The notes beneath the pieces were generated by a model. The model did no database searches. It had not been told where the DNA came from and saw only the letters and a list, made by a program, of their open reading frames with translations. A program made the position numbers and the translations under genes. Source: Candidatus Poribacteria bacterium (GTDB lineage: Bacteria; Poribacteria; WGA-4E; PCPOR2b). From it: a stretch of DNA of 64,000 nucleotides. Below are positions 1-9,689 of the stretch, piece by piece (within the stretch, counting starts at the first letter, position 1; every line of letters begins with the position of its first letter). The stretch spans positions 288,001 to 352,000 of the forward strand of contig OZ242351.1 of NCBI GenBank assembly GCA_965208675.1, written 5' to 3'.

Positions 1-992
1 CGGCGATTATCGGCGGTCAATCGATCCGCCGACAATTCAATATAACCCGTGTTGGTACTAGGAGATTTAAAACGATGCGTAAACGTCGCTTTGGCCGACT
101 GATGTAATGCCGCTTCAGATTGATCGCCTTGATTAATCTTCAAGTCTGGACTGATGGTTTGCCGCTTTTCACCGTTAATGAAAAGTGTCAAAATCGTTTC
201 AGTCAACGACCCGTCAGAATGAACGCCGACTTTAGTATTCAGTTGAAACGGGCGATTTATACCAATTAGTTGGGTAGATTCGCCAAGTTCTTCAATACTA
301 GTGTTATCTCCAGCTTCCTCCCCGACGGGAAGTAGAAAAATCCGCGCACCTGATCGATTGGGCACGCGAACCCAGTTGTCCCAGCCATTCTGATTAAAAT
401 CGGAAATGAGGTAAATCTCCTTATGCCGATCGATTGACTGTTCGAGAATATCATGCGCCATTTCGAGGCTGGACGGTACGTACGTCGAGCGAAACGAAAC
501 CTGAGCTTCGTCAATGGCGGACTTTACCTGTACAAGATCTTTTGTTAATTGCCGGAATATGGGGTTGGGAATGTCAGACATCAATATGAGAGCTGCACTG
601 TCGCCGCGTGGGAGCAATTGGACGACTTCGCGCGCCATCGCCTTCGCCGTTTCAAACCGTTCTCCCTGAATGCCTTTATACCCCATGCTATAAGAGTTAT
701 CTAGTATGATGACGTTGCTTGCGTTCGCTCTGGCGTCCGCGAGGAGAAACGGACTCTTGAGCAATGGCCGAGCCAGGGCGAAAGCAATAAGTATGATTAT
801 CGCCATGCGGAGCAACAGAATCAAGAGATGTTTAAGTTGAATACGTCGAACGCTTTGTCGATGCGCGGCCAACAAAAACATCAAGCTGCTAAAATCCACT
901 GTCTTTGCTTGTCGGCGGCTCCACAAATGGATAATCAGTGGCACGGCAGCAGCAAGCATTCCAAGCAGAAAAATCGGGTTAAGAAATCCCAC
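1..992 (-). CDS. BatA-domain / von Willebrand factor A protein (5' part; runs off the window start)
   Basis: Not in the ORF track because it is truncated. Manual translation from GTG at 992 gives MGFLNPIFLLGMLAAAVPLIIHLWSRRQAKTVDFSSLMFL...LLLRMAIIILIAFALARP (BatA N-terminal signature), then VIILDNSYSMG (vWA MIDAS DxSxS). Confidence 0.85.
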   Translation of the reverse strand, partial: MGFLNPIFLLGMLAAAVPLIIHLWSRRQAKTVDFSSLMFLLAAHRQSVRRIQLKHLLILLLRMAIIILIAFALARPLLKSPFLLADARANASNVIILDNSYSMGYKGIQGERFETAKAMAREVVQLLPRGDSAALILMSDIPNPIFRQLTKDLVQVKSAIDEAQVSFRSTYVPSSLEMAHDILEQSIDRHKEIYLISDFNQNGWDNWVRVPNRSGARIFLLPVGEEAGDNTSIEELGESTQLIGINRPFQLNTKVGVHSDGSLTETILTLFINGEKRQTISPDLKINQGDQSEAALHQSAKATFTHRFKSPSTNTGYIELSADRLTADNR

Positions 993-1429
993 AGTTTCTC
1001 TCTTCTCTATGAATTACGGCGATTAAACCAAAATGCGCCTAACCTCAAATTATAGTTTAAACACTGATCGAAATTCAAGGCGAAAATAGGTGCCAATTCG
1101 CCGACTAAATGGGACCGAAGGTCAGTGGCAACAGACGATTGGGGATTCAAAATAGGCGGCGATTGATCGCATTCTACCGCTGGCGGTTTAGCGTCAGCTA
1201 AATGACTGTATTTTGTTGTTGCTTCTGCACGCCGTTTATGATATATTGTGAATTATCTGCGTTTGTGCCGTGTAGCATTGCCGGTTAAAATTTTGAAAAA
1301 AGATTCGTCACTGAAGTAAATGAGAGGCAGGCGATTTAATTGATTTTTATTCACGATGCAGGACCTCCGTAGTGGTTCTCAAAAAAGGGCAAGACATTAC
1401 GGAAGTTGAAATCCGAAAGGAGTTTCGCG

Positions 1430-2446
1430 ATGCGGATGAAATACACAACGGCCCTGTACATGGTAACGCTCATCTCTGCAGCGTTATTTTACGGAATGAT
1501 GCTAAGCGAAGTGCTTGCAGAGGCGCCCAAGGATGAACTGATTGCGTTCTCGACAAATCCAGTTCAGGAGAGTGGTATCTGGTTGATGGATCCTGATGGT
1601 AAGAACCAACGTGCACTTTTAGTAATTGAGGGGAAACCAGTGCCGCTCGGGTTGGTTTGGTCGCTAGACGGAACCCGGATTGCATTTCACACAGAAATAA
1701 ATGAAAACATTGATGTTTATGTAGTTGATGCTAATGGTCAAAATCTTTTGCAGCTCACCAATCATGAGGCGGAAGATAGCTGGCCAACATGGCATCCGGG
1801 CGGTCAGAAACTCGCCTTTTGCTCCAACCGCGATGGTAATTATGAAATTTATGCGGTCACATTGGCTGGACAAGGATTGGTCAACCTCACCAACGACCCC
1901 GTTAGGGACAGAGAGCCGGCATGGTCCCCAGATGGCCGAAAGATTGCCTTCGCTTCCAAGCGAGGCAAGAGCCTAGGAGATATCTGGGTGATGGACAATC
2001 ATGGCGGCAACCTTCAAAATCTTACAAATGTCCGTGGTCAAGACTTACAACCTAGATGGTCGACGGACGGTGAGAAGGTTGGGTGGACCTCGCGTCGTGA
2101 CGGCTCGGAGGAGATTTGGGCAATGGACGCAGATGGTGCCAACGAGTTGAAAGTCAGCAGCAAGCAAGACCCAAATCCCGGCGGCAGTTTCGACTGTTCA
2201 GAGCCAAGTTGGAAACCCAACGGTAAAGAGATTGCGTCAACCGCGCTAGGCGGGGGTAGTGCAACTATCCGCATTCACGCTGCGAACGGTAGTCTACAGC
2301 GGTTAGACCTTACACGCCAGGGCAAGCAAAACCGTTCTCCCGCGTGGTTTGACCCAGACTTCGTAGTTGTGGAATTTTCGGTATCCCCAGCCGAGAAACA
2401 GGTTTTAACGTGGGGTTGGCTCAAGCGGATGGGGCGGGAAAATTGA
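1430..2446 (+). CDS. Secreted TolB-like (PD40 repeat) beta-propeller protein, paralog 1
   Basis: AGGAG RBS before ATG at 1430; signal peptide; repeats WSLDGTRIAF, WHPGGQKLAF, WSPDGRKIAF; C-terminal FSVSPAEKQVLTWGWLK tail. Confidence 0.85.
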   Translation: MRMKYTTALYMVTLISAALFYGMMLSEVLAEAPKDELIAFSTNPVQESGIWLMDPDGKNQRALLVIEGKPVPLGLVWSLDGTRIAFHTEINENIDVYVVDANGQNLLQLTNHEAEDSWPTWHPGGQKLAFCSNRDGNYEIYAVTLAGQGLVNLTNDPVRDREPAWSPDGRKIAFASKRGKSLGDIWVMDNHGGNLQNLTNVRGQDLQPRWSTDGEKVGWTSRRDGSEEIWAMDADGANELKVSSKQDPNPGGSFDCSEPSWKPNGKEIASTALGGGSATIRIHAANGSLQRLDLTRQGKQNRSPAWFDPDFVVVEFSVSPAEKQVLTWGWLKRMGREN

Positions 2447-2510
2447 AACGCTCCCAGCCACTCAATTTTCGGCCTCCCCCTTATCAAAACTCGCTTCATG
2501 ACGCCAAGAA

Positions 2511-3572
2511 ATGAGGCGGTCTATGCGATTTAAAAACACATTGTCCATTCACATGACAGTGTTCGCTGTTGTTATTCTTGCTGGCTTTTTCACGCTGGTC
2601 GGCGCATTTGCGCAAGCACCCGATAGGGCAACTATTGCATTCTCCACCAACGACGAAGCCCAAGGCGGCATCTGGTTGGTAGACATTGATGTGCGCGGTG
2701 GACAGGGAAAAGGCGATGTGCATGTCCAAAATCAGCGCGTGCTTCTGGCAATTGACGGAAACCCTATTCCATTGGGTTTGGTGTGGTCGCCGGACGGGCG
2801 AAGAATTGCCTTCCATACGGAGATTGATGAAAATATTGATGTCTATGTGGTCGACGGCGATGGACAGAACCTGCGTCGACTCACCGACCATGAAGCGGAG
2901 GATAGTTGGCCGAGTTGGCATCCGGGCGGTGAAAAAATTGCGTTTTGCACTAACCGAGATGGGAATTTCGAAGTCTACGTGATGTCGTCAACTGGGCAGG
3001 GGTTATTCAATCTCACCAACGACCCCGCCAAGGATAGGGAACCCGACTGGTCGCGAAACGGCCGCCTAATCGCATTTGCTTCCAAGCGTGGAAAAAGCCT
3101 GGGGGATATATGGGTGATGGATAGCAGCGGCGGAAACCTGAAAAATATTACGGATGTCCGCGGTGAAGATATGCAACCTAGATGGTCATGGGACGGTCAG
3201 AAAATTGCTTGGACATCTCGCCGAAACGGGAACGATGAAGTTATGACGATGGACGCCGCGGACGGCGGCAACCTACTAAAGATTAGCGATCTCAAGGATG
3301 CAAGATCGCAGGGGCGGCCCAATCGGGAACCGAGCTGGAAACCCGACGGCAGGGCAATCGCCGCGCCTGCCCTTGGCGGTGGCAAATCGTTCATCATGAT
3401 ACATCCAGCAGATGGGAGTTTGCAATGGCAGGACCTGCCCGCTGTAGGCATTCAAAACCGTTCCCCGACATGGTTCGATCCTGAGTATGTTATAGAAGAA
3501 TTCTCCGTATCCCCCGCCGAGAAACAGGTCTCAACGTGGGGTTGGATTAAACAGACGGTACAAAACAATTAA
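2511..3572 (+). CDS. Secreted TolB-like (PD40 repeat) beta-propeller protein, paralog 2
   Basis: Signal peptide (AFA-Q); PD40 repeats; tail FSVSPAEKQVSTWGWIK. Start may be ATG 2523. Confidence 0.85.
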   Translation: MRRSMRFKNTLSIHMTVFAVVILAGFFTLVGAFAQAPDRATIAFSTNDEAQGGIWLVDIDVRGGQGKGDVHVQNQRVLLAIDGNPIPLGLVWSPDGRRIAFHTEIDENIDVYVVDGDGQNLRRLTDHEAEDSWPSWHPGGEKIAFCTNRDGNFEVYVMSSTGQGLFNLTNDPAKDREPDWSRNGRLIAFASKRGKSLGDIWVMDSSGGNLKNITDVRGEDMQPRWSWDGQKIAWTSRRNGNDEVMTMDAADGGNLLKISDLKDARSQGRPNREPSWKPDGRAIAAPALGGGKSFIMIHPADGSLQWQDLPAVGIQNRSPTWFDPEYVIEEFSVSPAEKQVSTWGWIKQTVQNN

Positions 3573-3652
3573 CGTATTTCTCGTCATGAATGTACCTGAA
3601 AACCCTGGTCTCCAATCCGCTTAAAGGCTTGGAGTTCGAAAGGAGATTAGCT

Positions 3653-4633
3653 ATGCGCGTGGTTACATTTGTAGCTTTCGTGCTCCTTGGCGGCATGTTA
3701 GCAAACGTGGAGTCGGCAGAAGCACCCAAAGAAGAGACGATGGCGTTTTCCACCAATCACGTTGGGGAAGGCGGCATCTGGTTAATGGACCCTGACGGGG
3801 GTAACCAACGCCCGTTTCTGGCAATAGGCGGGAACCCAATCCCGCTGGGTTTAGTGTGGTCTTCTGACGGCAGCAAAATTGCCTTCCATACGGAAATAAA
3901 TAAAAATATAGACATCTATGTGGTTGATGCCGACGGGCAAAATCTTCGGCAACTCACCGACCATGAGGCAGAGGATAGTTGGCCGACCTGGCACCCCGCC
4001 GGTCAAAAACTTGCCTTTTGCACCAACCGAGATGGGAATTTTGAAATCTATTCGGTCACGTTGATCGGGCAGGCATTGAAAAACCTCACTAATGATGCGG
4101 TTAAGGACAGGGAACCAGCGTGGTCCCCAGATGGTCGTCAGATTGCTTTCGCTTCCAAGCGAGGCAAAAGCCTTGGGGATATATGGGTGATGGATAACAG
4201 TGGCGGAAACCTGAAAAACCTTACAGACGTTCGCGGACAGGACACAGAACCTAGATGGTCATGGGACGGTCAGAAAATAGGGTGGACCTCCCGACGAAAT
4301 GGAAACGACGAAATCTGGATTATGGACAGTGCTGATGGCGGAAATCTGTTGCAAATTTCGGACGTCAAGAACAATAGCGACCCGAATCGGGAACCGACTT
4401 GGAAACCGGATGGCAAAAAAATCGCTTCTCCGGCGCTGGGAGGTGGGTCCGCGACTATTCGCGTACACCCGACAGACGGTAGTCTAAAGTGGAATAACCT
4501 GCAACGCGTCGGCACGCAAAATCGTTCCCCAGCTTGGTTTGACCCGGACTTTGTTGAAGAATTTGCCGTATTCCCCGCCGATAAAAAAGCTTTGACTTGG
4601 GGTTGGCTAAAACAGGCGGGAAGGGAAAATTGA
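3653..4633 (+). CDS. Secreted TolB-like (PD40 repeat) beta-propeller protein, paralog 3
   Basis: AAGGAG RBS before ATG 3653; signal peptide; PD40 repeats; tail FAVFPADKKALTWGWLK. Confidence 0.85.
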   Translation: MRVVTFVAFVLLGGMLANVESAEAPKEETMAFSTNHVGEGGIWLMDPDGGNQRPFLAIGGNPIPLGLVWSSDGSKIAFHTEINKNIDIYVVDADGQNLRQLTDHEAEDSWPTWHPAGQKLAFCTNRDGNFEIYSVTLIGQALKNLTNDAVKDREPAWSPDGRQIAFASKRGKSLGDIWVMDNSGGNLKNLTDVRGQDTEPRWSWDGQKIGWTSRRNGNDEIWIMDSADGGNLLQISDVKNNSDPNREPTWKPDGKKIASPALGGGSATIRVHPTDGSLKWNNLQRVGTQNRSPAWFDPDFVEEFAVFPADKKALTWGWLKQAGREN

Positions 4634-4814
4634 GTCGTATTTCGCAGTGAATTAATCAGACAATGTTCGGTCTGCCGACACCATCGTACCGCGATGATTC
4701 ACCTGCACACAATCTGTCTTTAATTGGATTGACAAGCTGTCGGCAGCTTAACGCTTGTCTTGAACTCGTTTCGAAAATGGTTAACAAGGTTGATTCACCA
4801 GAAAGAGGCTGAAC

Positions 4815-5546
4815 GTGCAAATTCTCCATCTTGAAGCGGGTACGCCGTTCAAAATGGGACAGGGGCAAAACTGGCGCGTCGTACATCCAGACATGGGTGC
4901 CAAGCAACTGACGCTAAATCACGGCGTGCATGCACCAGGGCAAGAATTTACACAACATTTCCACGACAATTCTGAGGATATGATTGTGGTTCTTGAAGGC
5001 GGAAGCAGCGTGCGCCAGGGAGATGTCTACACACCCGTTTCGGCAAGAGAAGCTATTTTTGTTCCGGTCGGCGAGGTTCACGGCACAGTCAACGATACGG
5101 GCAAAATGGCGCGCCTCATCAGTTTCCAATCTCCGCCGGACATGGCGCTATACCGCGGCGAACGCGATCACGCTCCCAATCAAATCCCTAAACCCAAACA
5201 CGGCCACCAAAGCGCCGTGCAGGTTGTCGACATGGCGCGGAGCGGCCCAGTTTTTGGAAAATCGGGCGACTGGCGTTGTGTAATCTCGCCAGAGCGAGGA
5301 TCGAAACACATCTCGCTTGAGTATATACGGCTGTCTTCGGGTGAAGGATTTGAACACGAACACGGTGCCGCAGAAGCTATTTATGTGCTGGTCGATGGCG
5401 AAGCTGAAGTCAAAGCCGGCCGCCAGACATGGAACTTGGCCGCGAAAGATGTTATTTTTCTCAAACCGGAAGAATCTTGCTCGATTTCACCGGTTATAGG
5501 CGGTCAGTTGCTTACATTGTTGCATTGTCGGGCTGTCGGTGGGTAG
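4815..5546 (+). CDS. Bicupin (two cupin_2 domains) protein
   Basis: First cupin has HFHDNSED...EVHG metal motif; second has HEHGAAEAIYVLVDG. Confidence 0.75.
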   Translation: MQILHLEAGTPFKMGQGQNWRVVHPDMGAKQLTLNHGVHAPGQEFTQHFHDNSEDMIVVLEGGSSVRQGDVYTPVSAREAIFVPVGEVHGTVNDTGKMARLISFQSPPDMALYRGERDHAPNQIPKPKHGHQSAVQVVDMARSGPVFGKSGDWRCVISPERGSKHISLEYIRLSSGEGFEHEHGAAEAIYVLVDGEAEVKAGRQTWNLAAKDVIFLKPEESCSISPVIGGQLLTLLHCRAVGG

Positions 5547-5634
5547 TATTGTGCAGAAAAACTAAAATTTTGTGGCAAAATTTGCTTACGCCCGTGATTT
5601 GACATTGCGCCTGGACGAAAACGAGTAGCATTCA

Positions 5635-6432
5635 GTGGTGCTGATAACAAAAAAGGAGAAATCCAAAATGCTGACAGAAGTGCAGGTGGAGGCTTATAAA
5701 CGAGATGGCCATGTCAAAGTTGAGGGTGTTTTTACTCCGGAGGAGATTGAAGAACTCAAGAGCGAGATGATTCGGATTATTGAGGAGTGGGGTGAAGAAA
5801 CCATCGGATGGCACGGTCCGTGGCGTGACCGCTATTTGCCCGAGGATGAACGCCAGAACACTAGGGCTGTTCTTCTTCATAGACCCCACTATTATTCATC
5901 GGCTTGGGGGCGTGTCCTCTTTCACCAGCGTTTAATTGGCTGCGTTCAAGCATTAATCGGTCCCAATGTCCAGTGGCATCACACATGTCTGCATGCGAAA
6001 CCGCCGGAGTTGGGTACGCCGTTCCCAATGCACCAAGATTATCCCTTTTACCCGCACGACGGTCCAGACTTCGTGGATTGCCTAGTTCACCTTGATGACA
6101 CACCGCTCGAAAGCGGCTGTCTTCGAGTGGTTCCGGGCAGTCATAAGCACGGTCCGTTGGAACACATCACAGGTTCACATACCTCACCCCATCTCCCTCC
6201 CGAAAAATACCATCCGGACTAGGTTGACTCGGTCGCTGTCCCCGCAAAGTCCGGTGACGTGATTTTCTTTAGTTACTATACGATTCACTGGTCCGGCGTC
6301 AATCGGACGCACGAATGGCGAAAGTCGGTGCGATTCGGCTATCACGCGCCCGAGATGCGCCCGGTCGGGAGTGATCCGAGCCAACCTTACGAAAATATCA
6401 TTACCGGCGGCTTTAAAGAACATAAAGCGTGA
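5635..6432 (+). pseudogene. Phytanoyl-CoA dioxygenase (PhyH) family Fe/2OG dioxygenase interrupted by one in-frame TAG (6220-6222)
   Basis: HQD motif and GCLRVVPGSH lie before the stop. The same frame continues VDSVAVPAKSGDVIFFSYYTIHWSGVNRTHEWRKSVRFGY to TGA 6430-6432. Likely start is ATG 5668 after AAGGAG. Confidence 0.8.
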
Positions 6433-6589
6433 GTCGAAACGGCGCAATGCCGCTTATACGCTGCCCACCACCCACCACCAGTCCATATTAAAGTCGCATT
6501 TCGTTTCTGTTTGACGCGCGGCAGCACACCCCGTTAATCGTTCAGTTGAATGAAATTTCCCACGGCGTGGAACACTAAGTCGAAATCCA

Positions 6590-8251
6590 ATGAGTCAGAA
6601 TTTATCACAAGCGCACCGTGACGCGGTGAATCGGAGCCGGCGAGTAATTGTCAACTACGACACCAATTTCGGGGCTCCGTCTGTGATTTGTCCGTTGGCT
6701 GGCATGGAAATAGATCGCTTAGTGAAGGGCTACTTCAGCATGATCGATGAAGCCGGCGTCCAGATAGACAGCATCTGGTGGTGTTGGCTGGACGGCAATT
6801 TCGCAAATTATCCGAGCCAGATTCTACCCGTTTGGCAACTGCCCGGATTCCAGCAGTGGTGGGATGCCGGAATTGACCCGGTGCAGATCTTCGCCGAGGA
6901 GACCAAGAAGCGCGAAAAAGAAGTTTTTTTCTCTTACCGCCTGAATGGGACCGATATGGCGAGTGTCGTACCGTTAAGTGTGCCGTTATTGAAAGAAGCT
7001 CACCCCGAATGGTTAATCCCTACTTGGGAGGCGTTTCGAAATCCCGGTTACTGGAACTTCACCGTGCCAGAAGTGCGCGATTACAAGGTGAGAATCCTAC
7101 GCGAGGTGGCGGAAAACTACGATTACGACGGTATAGAGATAGACTTTTCTAGGGTACCTGTAACACTGCCGCCCGGACACCAATGGGAGAACCGAGAGTG
7201 CTTGACCGAATTCATGCGCGCCGTTCGGGCCATGACGCTCGAAATCGAAAAGAAACGGGATCATCCGTTTCTGCTGGCTGCTCGAATTCCGGAGAACCTA
7301 GAAGGTTGTCATTTTGACGGGATGGATGTTGAAACTTGGGCGAGCGAAGGCTTGCTGGATATCTTCGTTTTGGGCAATCGCTCATTCGACGTGGATATCT
7401 CCGCTTTCCGTCAAATCACGGCAGGGACCGGGATAAAGCTCTATCCGTGCATGGACGATCATCACGCGACGGACGGTTATCTGCATCCGCCAATCTCAGT
7501 TTTCCGCGGCGTTTTTGCCAACTGGTGGCATCAAGGTGCGGATGGCATTCAGACGTTTAACTTTAGCAATTGGACGCCGGCTGGTGCTGCACTTCTCGGT
7601 TGGGATGCGATTGACCCCGTGTGGGCGGCGCACCTTCAAGCGTACCGGGAGATGGCAGTTCCGGAGTCGCTCAAATACAAGGACAAAACTTTCGTTGCCG
7701 AACGGCGTGGCGGAGGGCATGGCCCGGTGGTTGTGCCCAATCCGGAGGATTGGACGACACCGCGGTGGATGTATTTTATCACAAATATGTTTGCTCCGTT
7801 GCCAGCCGCTCTCGCGAACGACGGAAAAGCCGACACCCTGTTAAAGCTCTACGTCTCCGATAACCTCGCAGATGAAGCCAATCACATTGAGCGGGTTACG
7901 GTTCGCGTTTTGCTGTCCGATCCGGGTGCGGAACGCCTCCCGTCCAATCAGCGGCTTCAGGTCGTCACCGTTGCAACCAAGGCGCACACCCTCCAAAACA
8001 TCCCCCCAGCAGTAGGGATTGGCAACCAAACTGAGCTAAGGCTAAACAACACTCTCCTGCATCCCCCTGTAATTGAAGAAGGCTGGTTAGCCTTTTCAGC
8101 GCTACCAAATCAATTCGCTGTTGGCAACAACCTCATTGGATTGCGCGTCACCGGCCGGGCGCAAGATGCCCAAGCCGAAATCCTGATTGAGAAGTTGGAA
8201 GTCCATGTAGTCTACCACAAACCCACAAAGGACAGAAAAAACCGAAAATAA
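6590..8251 (+). CDS. Glycoside hydrolase-like 10 (GHL10/DUF187-type) TIM-barrel protein
   Basis: WNFTVPEVRDYKVRILREVAENYDYDGIEIDFSR and GADGIQTFNF motifs. Confidence 0.6.
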   Translation: MSQNLSQAHRDAVNRSRRVIVNYDTNFGAPSVICPLAGMEIDRLVKGYFSMIDEAGVQIDSIWWCWLDGNFANYPSQILPVWQLPGFQQWWDAGIDPVQIFAEETKKREKEVFFSYRLNGTDMASVVPLSVPLLKEAHPEWLIPTWEAFRNPGYWNFTVPEVRDYKVRILREVAENYDYDGIEIDFSRVPVTLPPGHQWENRECLTEFMRAVRAMTLEIEKKRDHPFLLAARIPENLEGCHFDGMDVETWASEGLLDIFVLGNRSFDVDISAFRQITAGTGIKLYPCMDDHHATDGYLHPPISVFRGVFANWWHQGADGIQTFNFSNWTPAGAALLGWDAIDPVWAAHLQAYREMAVPESLKYKDKTFVAERRGGGHGPVVVPNPEDWTTPRWMYFITNMFAPLPAALANDGKADTLLKLYVSDNLADEANHIERVTVRVLLSDPGAERLPSNQRLQVVTVATKAHTLQNIPPAVGIGNQTELRLNNTLLHPPVIEEGWLAFSALPNQFAVGNNLIGLRVTGRAQDAQAEILIEKLEVHVVYHKPTKDRKNRK

Positions 8252-8306
8252 CATAAAGAGTTTAGCCATTTACATCATGTTTACACACACTGAAATACCC
8301 CCTGAT

Positions 8307-8328
8307 AAGGGAGTTGGCATCCCTTTTT
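8307..8328 (+). terminator. Possible intrinsic terminator
   Basis: AAGGGA-GTTGGCA-TCCCTT followed by TTT, downstream of the GHL10-like gene; short stem. Confidence 0.35.
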
Positions 8329-8380
8329 GATCGGATTATTCTGTGTAAATTTCGGTTGCGGCGACTTTAGGAACAAAAAC

Positions 8381-9484
8381 ATGGATCTTACGGACGCGAA
8401 ACTGCAGTTGGAGGATGAAGGGTATTGCGTACTGGAAAATCAACTCGACCCGCGGCAAGCTGAACACCTCGACACCCTCGCACGGACCTTAATGGAACCC
8501 CGTGACGGGTATATCAGTATGGAGACCTCTCTGAATCACATTCCTGAGTTGGCTCCGCTGTGCATTCATCCCACGCTAGTAAAACTTGCTGAAAAGATGC
8601 TGGGGAAGGACTTTATACTAGCGAACAATGTGGCGATGAAATGGTGCAAGCCCGGTGCGCCGGAAGGACCGTTGCATTGGGGCGGACGGTTCAAGGATAT
8701 TCCCCAATTGACAGAGTTTCAGGTCTTCTGGATGCTCACAGACTTCACCGCAGAGAACGGTGCTACGCTTGCCGTTCCGTTTAGTCATCACACCGGGCGT
8801 CCGCCCGGACGCACTGCCTATCCCCAAGAGATTCCGATCGTCGGAGCAAAAGGGTCGGTGTTGATCTTTGACGGAAGGATTTGGCATCGCAGCGGCGCCA
8901 ACACAACGAGCGGCAAACATCGTATGGCTGCCAATATGATGTATCTGCCCGGCAGCGTCGATCGCGGCGGAGAGTGGCCGCTGGTGGCGCGAGAACGCTA
9001 CCATGAATTCCCGCCGCAATTGCAAGGCATGCTTCCGCAGTCAGTTGCGCCGCCGGATACGACGCCAGCCGCCGCGCAACGCCCACTTATATGGACTATG
9101 CTCGACTATCAGGGCGTTAAACACGCCGCGGGCGGAAAGCTTGCGGTGAACTTAACCATTAAATCAGGTTCCGAATTCTCGACCGCAGTACGCTTTCCGC
9201 AAGCGTCCGCGTTGGAAGTAAAACAGACGAGGGATTGCTGGGTGTTCCTAGAGCGAGCCCGGGCAATTGGAGGAAATGCTGAGGTCGAACTGTACGTAAA
9301 CGATGCGAAGGTTTCACATTTCACAGTCGCCGTGGGCGAAAATGACGCACAAGTTCAGTCCTTAGCGGAGCAAGTGACCTCACGGATAACCGATACATCG
9401 GTGCTTTACAAAATCACGCTCAAGAACATAGGCGGTCACGACGTGCGAATCCGCGAACTTCGCCTCCAATGGCTGGCGAGCTAG
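8381..9484 (+). CDS. PhyH-family Fe/2OG enzyme with H-W-G in place of HxD, plus a C-terminal domain of unknown function
   Basis: EDEGYCVLEN, FWMLTDFTAENGATLAVPFSH, GSVLIFDGRIWHRSGANTT..R; about 140 extra aa after a PPDTTPAAAQ linker. ATG 8381 preferred over TTG 8327. Confidence 0.8.
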   Translation: MDLTDAKLQLEDEGYCVLENQLDPRQAEHLDTLARTLMEPRDGYISMETSLNHIPELAPLCIHPTLVKLAEKMLGKDFILANNVAMKWCKPGAPEGPLHWGGRFKDIPQLTEFQVFWMLTDFTAENGATLAVPFSHHTGRPPGRTAYPQEIPIVGAKGSVLIFDGRIWHRSGANTTSGKHRMAANMMYLPGSVDRGGEWPLVARERYHEFPPQLQGMLPQSVAPPDTTPAAAQRPLIWTMLDYQGVKHAAGGKLAVNLTIKSGSEFSTAVRFPQASALEVKQTRDCWVFLERARAIGGNAEVELYVNDAKVSHFTVAVGENDAQVQSLAEQVTSRITDTSVLYKITLKNIGGHDVRIRELRLQWLAS

Positions 9485-9511
9485 AGCATTATCAGAACCG
9501 CTGTATTATTC

Positions 9512-9655
9512 CACCGCGGGGGAGGGTGACCTCCATGTCCGGACAATCAGGCCTAGAAATCCTCTCCCACATAGGGTAGTCCTCCTGTGTAATTCAAACT
9601 TCAATCCCTCCGTACCAAGGAGGAGGGAGGTCATGGTAGGATGCACCGTGATCCG
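9512..9655. repeat. Degenerate REP-like palindromic cluster
   Basis: GCGGGGGAGGG...CCTCTCCCACA and TCCCTCC...GGAGGGA inverted segments and a GGTAGGATGC motif between convergent genes. Confidence 0.3.
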
Positions 9656-9689
9656 AATTTTGAATCGTCCTAAATAATCTGAACCGTTA

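Noticed and set aside
266-1055. ORFs 266-514 (-) and 828-1055 (+)
   Set aside because: Both overlap the truncated BatA/vWA gene in other frames.
1430-4633. Tol-Pal operon / true tolB
   Set aside because: No TolB N-terminal domain and no tolQ, tolR, tolA or pal nearby.
1430-4633. Diversity-generating retroelement acting on the paralogs
   Set aside because: No reverse transcriptase in the window, and differences are not adenine-specific.
9482-9672. MITE bounded by TAGAGCATT...GTCCTA
   Set aside because: The two ends match too poorly to call terminal inverted repeats.
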